From contig JBHGNT010000009.1 in the NCBI GenBank assembly GCA_043228905.1, forward strand, positions 13,392,001 to 13,456,000: DNA of 64,000 nt, in the 5' to 3' direction. The DNA is from Azolla caroliniana. Taxonomy: Eukaryota > Plantae > Polypodiophyta. The notes below the pieces were generated by a model. It ran no database searches. It was not told the DNA's origin and saw only the letters and a list, made by a program, of their open reading frames with translations. Both the position numbers and the translations under genes were made by a program. Each line of letters opens with the position of its first letter. The first letter of the stretch is position 1. Below are positions 12,884 through 24,100 of the stretch, one piece after another.

Positions 12884-14336
12884 ATCACCAAGGTTGGCCC
12901 CTTACCGGTCATCCTGGTTCCGGATCGTTCAGATCCTTGCGCGTAGTGCGAGCTTTGCCGGTTCTCCCGACCGGTTTTGCCGGATCCAGATCTATTCGAA
13001 TCGGTGCGCTTCTTCCAACACTCGCTTTCTCTGTGGCCCTTTTTGCCAGAGTACTAGCATTTTGTGGCGGATTTGTCTTGCCAGCCTCTGGCTCCACCTT
13101 GACTCCCCCTGCTTGTGGAAGTCCTAGAACTGATGTCGGCACGGTCTTTGTGCCTTCGGTCTTCCCCTTGCCGGCCGCCTCCATTGCGTGCTGACCCGCC
13201 TCATCCACCACGCCCACGGGGCCGATCCGCCTCCGTGTACAGCATCCGGCTATTGATGGGTGCACTTGTTGACGCACCGACATGGTTCTCCTCTACAAGG
13301 AGCATCAACTGTAAGTCGAAAAATGACGGCGTATTCTCCCTCGTACATACTGTTGTCCGGAAAGCTCGGAACTTAGAGGCCAAGTCCCCAAGACAAACCT
13401 GTACCATCTCGTCTTCCTCTACCGTCACGTTGATAGAGGTAAGCGAGTCACAGATCTCTTTGATTCAAGCCGTGTAATCAGCCACCGAGATGTCCTTCTG
13501 TCAGACATTGCTCAACTCCTGTCGAAGTTGCAGCTTCCGAGTTGTAGTGTTTGCGGCGAACACCTTCTTCAAGTTTCCCCAAGCCTCTTTCGGCGTCTTG
13601 GCATCTTGGACGTGGCTCAATAGCTGGTCTCCAACAATGGACGCAAAGCAATACATCACTCTACTTGCCGATTGTTCCCACACCGGGAAGTCCTTGTGTG
13701 CCGCATCAGGTGCTATGTCGTTAGCTTCGTCGATATAGCTCCAATAACCATGCCCAAGCAGGTACTGGTGCATCTTGTATGACCAAGATGCCTAGTTGGA
13801 TCTGTCGAGCTTCTCCACCGGAAGCGAGCTAGCCATTCCTCTATCCATTGTTTTTTTTTTCTTCTGTTCTTTACAAGGGTTAGGTTTTCTTCTTGTGAAA
13901 GCGAATGTCGGCTGCAGAGGTTCTCAACCCTCGCGCTCTGATACCATGTAAAAACAAATAGCATGCGGAAGCAATAGGAAATAGAAAATAGAAAAACAGA
14001 GAATAGGTTTAATGGAGAACTTAACAGTACGTAGGAGAGACAGAGAGAGAGACAGAGAGAGCAAAACAAGAATCACACTTCGAAAATTATGTCAACACTT
14101 TGTACATAGTATGTGCTCAACAAACACTTTTATACAAGTCCATACGGACTGATAGAAGTTCGGTGTACTTCAATGCTCACTCAAGCATCAGACACTAACT
14201 ACGAGAGTATTAACTCCCTAGTAGTCTAGCTGCTACTAGGCTTCCGGTTACTGATGGATCGGGCTAACCAGCTCCCCAGCTCACCGGCGTAGGCTTATTT
14301 AGCCGATCCGGCTCCAATTGAGCTTGCCGCTCAACA

Positions 14337-14560
14337 ATTAGCTACTACAATAGTTTAGTACAATAGTTAATTAGGTAAGTGGCAGCTAATTAGCTACTAC
14401 CATAGTTTAGTATAGTAGCTAATTAGCTAAGTGGTAGGTAATTTGCTACTACCATACTTTAGCTGAGTAGCTAATTAGCAAAGTGGTAGCTAATTAGCTA
14501 CTACCATAGTTTAATACAACAACTAATTAGCTAAATGGTAGCGAATTAGCCACTACCATA
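14337..14560. repeat. TAGCTAATTAGCTA palindrome array (transposase intron)
   Basis: Continues the array at 4030-4113 across the copia insertion. Confidence 0.85.
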
Positions 14561-17022
14561 TTCCGGGTCTTTACCACCAGTTCGCTCAGGATGTCTCCGC
14601 ACACCACATTCCGGATACCTTCCTCGCTGGCCTACGGGAGCCTCTTTGGACAACCCTCGCACTAACGGACTTCTCCCAACAGACAATCAAACAGGTAATC
14701 ACACGTGTCCTCGCAATCGATCGGACACAACACAACACAACTTTTTCCATGGGCTCACTGCAAAGCATTGTCCCTCCAAAGGAGGACCATCGCTTCCGCC
14801 AGGCTCTCCAATGCACGGCCTACTCGGACTCTGGCCATTTAGGCATTGAGTGACCTCACCGCCCTCCCTGCCCAATCTGCCATTCCCGGTTACATATGAT
14901 CGAACAATGTGAATACAATTTGCTCAACCGAACGACAACCGCCCCAGTTCGCCAGATTGAGCCTCGGAATAGCTACTCACGCTAGGACGAGCGCAAATCC
15001 TACCGTAATAGGGATAACGAGCGTCCACGGTCATCGGATCGTTAGCGACGAGACGACGATTACAGTCGCGATGACGACCGATACCGAGCCGACAACCGAA
15101 GGTGATCAGACGATGGCCATGATCAATATTACGATGACAACTATCGAGCCAACGATGATTACGACCGGCACGTCGATGACCGGGATGACTGGTATAGATC
15201 GCGTTATTTACGAAATGATCGGTGTAACTCTCATCAAGGTTCGCGAAATAATTGCCAGTGTTGCTTAATGTTGGATGTCTCATGGATGTCTCATCGATTA
15301 CCGCAAACTCAATGCCGCGACGGTCACAAACGCTTTCCCACTTCCACTCACGGATAGTGTAGTCGACATGGTGGCTGGCCACGAATGCTACAGTTTTTTA
15401 GATGGATTCAATGGCTATAATAAAATCCGTATGCATCCAGATGATCAGGAGAAAACAACATTTGTCATGGAATGGGGCGTCTTTGTGGCCGAAGTAATGA
15501 TATTCGGCTTAAAAACAACATCGGCTACGTTTGAACGAATTATCACCGAGATCTTCGACGAATATATTCCAGCGTTCATGCAAGTCTTCCTCGACGACTT
15601 CGCCGTATATGGCCAACAACTGGAAGACTTGGCCCAGTTACGCTTTTTTCATGACCAATGTTGCCAAGCTCGACTGAGATTAAACCCAACAAAATGTGCG
15701 TTTTTTGTGACAAGCGGCAACCTCCTCAATCACATCGTTAGTCAGGAAGGAATCGCCATGGATCTCGACAAGGTACAAGCCATCATGAATGCTCCTATGC
15801 CCTCTACCGCGAAGGCCCTCAACTGATTTTTGGGTCAAATTAGATGGCATACCCGGATGTTATGACACCTGGCTGATTTCACGACTTCCTTGCAAGTAGC
15901 AGTACATAGGCTTCCATTCCAATGGTCCTCCATAGAAGAAGAAGCTTACCAATCCTTGAAGCTAATGTTATCACATGCCCTGGTCGTATAACCACCGGAC
16001 TAGTCACAACCTTTCCACGTTTTTGTGGACGCATCGGATTTAGCCATTGGAAGGGCGCTCATGGAATGCACACCGCCAAATTGGTATCAGTCGGTGTATT
16101 ATGCTAGCCGCCATCTCTCAGCCCCAGAAAAGAACTACTCAACAACGGAACGTGAAGCCCTCGGCATGGTTTACATCATCACGAAGTTTCAACATTACCT
16201 CCTTGGCCGACGATTCACATTTCACGTTGACCACTCGGCCCTTCTATATTTGGTTAACAAACAAGCTCTCACGAGTCGACTGGCTCGATGGATGCTGCTT
16301 CTCTAAGAATTTGACTTTCAGATTCACCACCGACCAGGGGTCCAACACGCAGTAGCTGACTACCTTAGTCTCCTCAAGTTAGGGGAACCAGCCGATTTGA
16401 CGTACGATGATCTACCAGACGCCCACCTCTTCAGTCTGACAACAACAACGATACTGGACGAGAACAAAGAAAAATGGATCAAAGACATGGCCCACTTCCT
16501 CAACACCGAACTTCCTCTTGACCACTTACCCCGAGATGCTCGGAAACGGCTAGCAGTCAGGAGCCGGAATTTCTGTCACAAAGGCTCGAATGGCATTTGG
16601 TGTCGCACGGTACGACAATTCGAGAAACCCGCAATTCTCCAGGAAGCACATTACGGAATAGCAGGAGGTCACTATGCTGGAGATTCCACGACACGAAAAG
16701 TATGGCAAAGGGGGTTATGGTGGCCTACAACAAAGAAGAACGCTCAGGAGTTCTGTCAGCAATGTGATTTGTGTCAACGTATGGAACAGCCGACCAAGCA
16801 AGCACGAATGCCGCATCAACCCATCCTCCCATTAGAACCCTTTCAAAAATGGGGGTTAGATTTCGTTAGACCATTCAAACTAGCCGCGGCTCAAACCAGG
16901 AACAAGTATATCATCGTAGCAACCGACTATTGTACAAAATGGGTCAAGGCTAAGGCACTACGTGACAACACAGCCGCATCCACAAAAAAATTCATTTACG
17001 AACATCTATGGTGTCGTTTTGG
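14561..17022 (+). mobile_element. Non-chromovirus Ty3/gypsy internal fragment (gag zinc knuckles, RT, RNase H, N-terminal integrase)
   Basis: [49 protein letters not shown] and KWGLDF. The protease region is deleted at ~15270. Paralog of 57745-60923. Confidence 0.88.
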
Positions 17023-17818
17023 AATTTGGCGGAATTTGCTTACAACAACTCAAAACATTCTTCTACTGGATATTCCCCATTTTTTGCAAACATTGGGTAC
17101 CATCCTCGTTGGACTATGCTTGAACATCCCGAACTCCCGACAAACCCGGTTGCTGAAGATCAGCTCACCCGACTCCAAGAAGTTCAAGATATCCTTTTGC
17201 ACCATTTATGTGATGCTCAAAGCAGTCAAAAGAAGGTTGCCGACTGTCATCGACGTGATTCATCGACTACGTTTCAAGTGGGAGATCGAGTATGGTTTTC
17301 ACAAGGTCGCATTAAAACAAGCCGACCTTGCTGCAAATTGGATTATCAATGTTTTGGCCCATATGTGATATCTGGTAAGATCAATGATGTGGCATTTCAC
17401 CTTGATCTTCCCCCTCATATTCATCTTCACCCGGTCTTCCGTACACAACCAACTCTATTCCAAGCCATCTTACATCTCCCCCACCTCCAATCGAAGTTTT
17501 GGATGGCTTCGAATATGAAGTTGCTGCCATTCTCGACTCCAAGATCGTTTGCAACAAACTGTATTATTTGGTTGACTGGTTAGGTTATACACCTAATGAT
17601 CGAGCATGGGAGCCTCTCGAGAATCTTGCTAATGCCTCCGAAATGGTTGTTGCATTTCACAACAAATATCCCCATAAGCCAAGTCCGAAGTCTTGTCTTC
17701 CGACTCGTGGAACTCGTCGTCGAAAAGGGGGATAATGTCATGAGGACATACATTTTGGCCTTACAAGGATTCGAGCCCAAGACGTCTTGCTCTATATGTT
17801 AGACCTTTAACCATTATA
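17023..17818 (+). mobile_element. Chromovirus 3' fragment (integrase C-terminus, chromodomain, PPT, start of LTR)
   Basis: [18 protein letters not shown], chromodomain YEVAAILDSK..YYLVDWLGY..WEP, PPT aaaagggggataa and LTR start TGTCATGA at 17736. Paralog of 50197-50930. Confidence 0.9.
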
Positions 17819-18106
17819 ATTATATATATGATGTATAGTTAAAATAATGGTTAAAGTTCTAACATATAGACCAAGACGTCTTGGACTCAAATCCTTAATT
17901 GGCCAAAATGTATGCCTTCATGACATTATCCCCCCTTTTCGATGATGAGTTCCACGAGTCGGAAGATAAGATTTTGGACTTGGCTTATGGGGATATTTGT
18001 TGTGAAATTCAGCAACCATTTCGAAGGCATTAGCAAGATTCTCAAGAGGTTTCCATGTTCGATCATTAGATGTATAACCTAACCAGTCAACCAAATAATA
18101 CAGTTT
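17556..18106. repeat. ~260-bp inverted repeat (foldback of chromodomain-PPT-LTR start)
   Basis: 17845-18106 is the reverse complement of 17556-17816 around a ~28-bp AT-rich spacer. A further partial LTR copy follows at 18107-18171. Confidence 0.9.
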
Positions 18107-18171
18107 AACATATAGACCAAGATGTCTTGGGCTCGAATCATTCTAAGGCCAAAATGTATGTCTTCATGACA

Positions 18172-18430
18172 GCTAATTAGCTATTTTGGTAGATAAATAG
18201 TTATGAATGGTAGCTAATTAGCTATTCTAATAGCTAAATAGCTATGTTCGATATTCTTAGGGAGTTAATTAGCCATTCTAGTAGCTAATTAGCTATTACT
18301 AGTAGCTACTTAGCTATGGTCATATTCTGAGGTAGGTAATTAGCTATTCGGGTATGGTCATATTCTGAGGTAGGTAATTAGCTATTCAAGTATGCTCATA
18401 TTCGGAGTTAGGTAATAAGCTAACTAACTA
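18172..18430. repeat. TAGCTAATTAGCTA palindrome array (5' part of the transposase intron)
   Basis: Repeated (g)ctaattagcta(t) units immediately downstream of the exon 1 donor. Confidence 0.85.
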
Positions 18431-18471
18431 AGCACAAGAGCCAAGACAAATGTTGAGATAAATGTAAATAC

Positions 18472-19236
18472 CTAAGGTACATCAAGAAGATGAATGGGAT
18501 GCTCCTCGTATGGACTCCTTCCAACACGTTTCCTGCATAAATCCTTCTTATTGGGTGAAACACTACTCTCATTAGTCCAAAATATTGTGATTATATCCTT
18601 GATTTTTTATGTTATGGGTGTCATTGGCTTACATCTTGTTGTTAGCTTTAGCAGACTAGTTCCTTCACCCGAGGAAACTATCCGGTTCAATGTATTGTAC
18701 ACATTTTTTCTACTAACACCAATTACCTTAGATAGCACATTGATGTTAATATTGTTAACATCATTATTAAGTAACATCATTAGACTAGATCTTTTTAAGA
18801 CAAGATCATCTTCTGACCTGCTCATGGATACGAAACTATTACGGAGATTATATACTAGTATAGATGTTATGTTTGCATTAAGACCATCATTGTAATCAAC
18901 TAACTCCTTTATTGATGGATCATTTAATATTCCATAAAGTACTACCTTCTTGTCTTCATTGCTGATGTGCTTGGTTTGAACATTGAAATAGTCTACAACC
19001 TTTCTCTCTATGATCGTAGTCTCATTACTTCCATTCTCAGTGATATTTAGACCTATATCGCAACCAATACTATCTTTACCTTTAGTGAGTGTGGCTTTCA
19101 TATGCTTCAACAATTGACAATGTTTTCTTTTTTTTACTGCCCAATACATTCATATCGCTTGTTGTGTCCTGATAGCATCATCCCTATCCTGATGATCATT
19201 GAGGGGTAATTCTAAACACCCTCCTTCCCCTTCCAT
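18472..19236 (-). pseudogene. DNA transposase exon 1, copy 1
   Basis: ATG at 19236 is in frame with ORF 18607-19149. It continues as FWTNESSVSPNKKDLC..EEHPIHLLDVP up to the donor ttag|gtatttac. Homologous to 31240-31630. Confidence 0.7.
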
Positions 19237-19369
19237 TTGGCTTGACGGGATTAAACACTAATTTTCTTGAAAAAAAGACACATATTAAAGATGGCTATGG
19301 GCAACAACAATACCCAAAAATCTTCCGCAATACACAAGATAATCAATAGTCAGAATAGTTATTCAAATT

Positions 19370-20385
19370 CAAGACCGAATAGTGGCGGTAATCCAAGGTC
19401 AAATAGTAGCGGCAACTGAGTGCAGAATGGCGGCAGTGGAGGAGTGAACTCCGTTTAATCGAAAAGTATTGGCAATCCAGAACTGAACAATGGCGGTAAA
19501 TGAGTGTAGAATGATGGCAATGGAGGAGTGATTTCCGTCGGATAGATTAGTGGCAGATGATGCTTGGAACGCACACTAACGACAACTAAGAGAAGAATGG
19601 CAACAATGGAGATGGAATGAACTACTTCAGATTGAAAAGTGGCAACAATACACAACTGAACAATAGCAGCAATTGAGTGTAGAATGATGGCAATGGATGA
19701 GTGAACTCCGTCAAATCGAAAAGTGGCAGCAATCCAAGATCGAACAGTAGCGACAACTGAGTGTAGAATGATGGCAATGGAGAAGTGAACTCTGGTAGAT
19801 CAAACAGTGGCAGATGATGCTTGGAACGCACAATGACGACAACTGAGAGTACAATGGCGGTAGTGGGGATGGAGTGAACTCCCTCGGATCGAAAAGTGGC
19901 AACAATACACGACCGAACAGTAGTGGCAACTAAGTGTAGAATGATGTCCATGGATGAGTGAACTCCGTCAAATCGAAAAGTAGCAGCAATCCAAGACTGA
20001 ATAGTAGCGGCAACTGAGTGTAGAATGATGGAAATGGAGGAGTGAACTCCGTCAGATCGAATAGTGGCAGATGATGCTTGGAATGCACAGGGAAGACAAC
20101 TGAGAGTAGAATGGCGGCAGTGGAGAAGGAGTTAATTCTGTCGGATTGAAAAGTGGCAACAATATACGACCTTCACAGTAGCGGCAACTAAGTGTAGAGT
20201 GGCGACAATTGAGGAGTGAACTTGGTAGATGATGCTGGCACTGAACAATGGCGGCAACTGAGTGTAGAATGGCGGCAATGGAGGAGTGAACTCTATCGGA
20301 TCAAGCAATGGCAGATGATACTTGGACCACACAATGCCGGTAACTGAGTGTAGAATGGCGGCAATGGAGGAGTGGACTCAATAGG
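19370..20385. repeat. Degenerate ~54-bp-based minisatellite with higher-order structure
   Basis: Recurring ggcaactgagtgtagaatg(a/g)(t/c)ggcaatggaggagtgaactcc units. The minus strand reads as PPLPSFYTQLPPLF repeats. Confidence 0.85.
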
Positions 20386-21109
20386 GTTTAGCAACAGTGG
20401 TAGTAATCTAAGCCAGAATACTCAACTAGAGATGGCCCACGTGATGTGGCAAAGGATCATGCATAATGCACCTAGGAATTCGGTATATAATTTATGGTGC
20501 ACATATCAATTTATGTTGCACGTTTATGGTGCTCATTTATATAATTAAAACTCTCTACTATTTTCAATGGTAGCTTTTTGCGTAACTAATTTATCAATGG
20601 TAGCTTTTTGCATAGCTAATTGTTTCCACTTGCATGCTTCCACCTTGAGGCTCTATGTCTAGCACTCAAAGGTACCATTGTAGGCCTTTCTCCTTCAACC
20701 ATTGGCGTAAATGCTCTGACACTTGCATTGGCATGAGCCTAAGTACTCTATGTGTGCTCTATTATTGTTTGCGGCGCTTGTTGTTCACCTGGTTGAGGAT
20801 GATTTGCGCTCTGTTCGCTTGTATGTTTTTGTGTTTTTATGTTTTTCTATGATAGAGAAGGTATCTGAAGGAGTTTTTCTGAAAAGATGCGGCATTTCTT
20901 GAGATAGAACATTACAAATAGAATTTCCTATTATTAGCTCTTTAATGGCCACCTATCGTAATGAATACCAAATCATAAGCACCGTGCCAAGAACTAATTA
21001 TGACAAGATTGAATTTTCTGTTATATTTGGCCAAATTTTGATTTTTTCTTGTTTTCTTTTCTTTTCTTTTCATTTTTTTAATATGATAATAATATTTACA
21101 ATTCTATCA

Positions 21110-24100
21110 TATCACCGGCTTTCACGAGGTAGTCTACGGATTGCCTATTTTGGCGCCGTTGTCGAATGGGTTTGTTAGGGTCGGTCCCCGATATGGTTTG
21201 AGTCGGAACCCGTTAACCCATTTAGGCAAGATTTCCCCAACTAATGTTCCACTCTTGCTATCGACAATCCAGTATGGACCAGTCCATCACAAACTTAGTT
21301 TTCCCAGCATCGAACCCATTTTCGTTTGAAAGACCAAAACTAGTTTCCCGACTTCGAACACCTTCTCCTTACTCTTTTGGTGTTGATCGACAAAATCTTT
21401 TCTTTTTCTTTGTTTCTACTATAAGTGCCACATTTATTTATAATTGACTCTCCTCCTATTCAAGCAACTACGCTTTCCGAATTTGTTCTGACTGTTCTTC
21501 ATCTAATCGTTTTGTGACCTGAACTCATAAGCTCGGAATTTGAAATTCGATTGGCTTAACCGCCTCTAAGCCGAACACCATTCCAAATGGAGTAGACCTA
21601 TTCACAGTTTTGTAGGTCATTCAGTGGGCCCATAAAGCATTGTGAAGCTTTTGATCCCATTCGATGTGATTTTCATTCACTGATTCCTTCATAATAGTTT
21701 GGAGTGTTTTGTTCATAGATTCAGCAAATCCATTTGCTTGAGGGTCATATGGTGTACTTCTTTTGTGCACTACTGTATAATAGTGGGATAATTAAAAAAT
21801 GACTTTAATAACATATTTTCTTCATTTTCTTCATATTTATTAAATCGGGTACTTTATACATTTTTCATAGTGTACGAAATACACTACAACAACGATTTGG
21901 CTTCGACCCATTTCGTATAGTAGTTGTTGGCAACTATAACATATCGGTTACCTGTTCTTGCCGTTGCCGATTTAAATGGCCCAACAAAAACGAGACCCCA
22001 TTTTTGAAAAGGTTCGAGCGATAGCACTGGTTGATGAGGCATCCGATCCTTTTCATTAGGTTGGCCCATACATTCACACAAATTGCATTGTCGACAATAC
22101 TCAACTTTATCCTTCATAGTAGTTGGCCACCATAGTCCGCTATACCAAATTTTTGTAGTTGTTGTCTCACCAACGTAATGGCCTCTAGCTATTCCGCAAT
22201 GAGCTTCATGCAAAACTGCCTCTTTCTCGAACTGTCGAACCACGCATCGCCATATGCCATTAGGTCAGCTCCATTATGGTATAAGGTGTCATTTAGTAAA
22301 CAAAAGTTCTGACTTCGAATTGCCGAACACTTCCTTTCATCTATTGACATAGCTTCTGGTGGAAATACAGTACTGAGAAATATTGACATTTCCATGATCC
22401 ACAAGTGAGCCGCTTCATCATCCACTTCAGTCGAAGTTATTGTGTCGACTCAAAATAGTTGAGTGTTAGGAAAGTCATCTTGAACACTGACACCCAGCTC
22501 CCCGACTCTAGTCACCTTAAGTAGTTGGCTATTGCATGTTGGACCCCTGGTCGATGAATAATATCGAACTCAAATTCTTGTAGTAGTAACGTGCACCTTG
22601 CCAGTTTACCTGTGAATTCCTGTTTTGAGACTAAGTACAATAATGCAGAATGGTCGACATGAAATGTAAATTTCCGACATTGTAAATCATGCCAAGAGCC
22701 TCCCGTTCGGTTGTCGAATAATTTCGCTCGGCGGTCGATAATTTTTTACTAGCATAATACACTGGTTTGTACTAGTTCGGCTCCGACAACTGCATTAGTG
22801 AATTGCCGATTGCAACATTGGAGGCATCAACAAAAAAATTAAAATCATTACTCCAATCTGGCGGCCTTACACCTTGTCATCATTTTCTTTAGATAGTCGT
22901 AAGCATCATGTTCGGATATTGTCCATTGAAAAGGTGCTTTGTGGACCGCCGCATGTAGGGGTGTTGCAACATCGGCGAAATACGGAATCATCTGACTGTG
23001 CCATCTAATTTGGCCCAAAAATCTACTGAGAGCTTTCGCATTTGTCGGCGATGGGGCAATCCCTTCCTGACTGACAATATGTCCTAATAGCGTTCTACTT
23101 GTCACCCTAAATGCACATTTTGCTGGATTTAAACTTAATCTCCCTTGTCAACACTTCTCTAAACATAATTGAAGATGTTGAAAGTGATTGGTTCACCTAC
23201 TGTAAACTGCAAAATGATCCAAAAATACATGCATAAATGTTGGTATATAATCTGCAAAAATTTCTGCAATGACTCTCTAAAATGTTGTCAGAGTTGTTTT
23301 TAGGCCGAACATCATCGATGATGAGCGTTGTCTTTTCATGATCATCAGGGTGCATCCAAACCTAGTTATAACCACTAAACCCATCCATAAACTATATATT
23401 TCATGGCCTGCTACAACATCAAGAAATCCATCCGTAAATGGTAATGGAGATGCATGTGTTACTGTTGCCATTCAATTTCTGGTAATCGACACATACCATG
23501 ATTTTTCCACTCTTTTTGGGCACTACCGCTATGGGATTTAGCCAAGTCGCCTTCTTGACTAGTCAAATGAAGCCGACTCTTAGTAGTTTGTCGATTTCTT
23601 CTTTTACTTTTACTCCATATTTCGGATTTAACTAATACCGATGTTAATTAATCTGATGTTGATAGAATGCCGGATCGAGCCCCTTCATATCTTTGTATTT
23701 TGTAGAAGGTCGATTAATTTTTCTTTGTTAGTCGACTCCATCTCCTTGACTAGCAGGATTATCTTTGGTTCAACATCATTTTCGGCCAAATTCAACTCTT
23801 CTAATGGTAAAGCTTGCACCCGCTAGGATACATGCATTTCCCTTTCCATTGCTTCCTGTTGTAGTCGTAACTCCTTCAAAATTTTCACATCAACCAGAAT
23901 TTCCTGCTCCCCATCTTCGCCAAAGTATGGTGTGAGTACCTGAACAATGTCTACTTCAAATAAAGGAATGATCTTTGGACTGTCTTCTAGGTATTGATCC
24001 TCTTCCCCATTATCTAATCCTTCCATCATATTAACTGTTGCTGCATGTGGTGGTAAACACTACCGAGACGTCATGACCTTCTCCTGGGTCGACACCCAAA

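Larger units (their letters stand above)
4114..14336 (-). mobile_element. Ty1/copia LTR retrotransposon (family A), decayed, carrying nested insertions
   Basis: LTRs at 4114-4517 and 13947-14336 (TG..CA). PBS TGGTATCAGAGC at 13935-13946 (rc), PPT at 4518-4529. Gag 12890-13840, integrase 8041-8870, RT 7254-7669 and 6330-6480, RNase H 5800-6317. Flanked by ATTA on both sides. Confidence 0.93.

Noticed and set aside
16397-17735. Functional chimeric integrase (non-chromovirus core fused to a chromodomain)
   Set aside because: The two halves join out of frame at ~17022 and both are decayed, so this is a deletion junction between nested elements.
20400-21110. Terminal inverted repeat of the Sola2-like transposon
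   Set aside because: Plausible location, but the partner end is not in the window, so a TIR or TSD cannot be supported.
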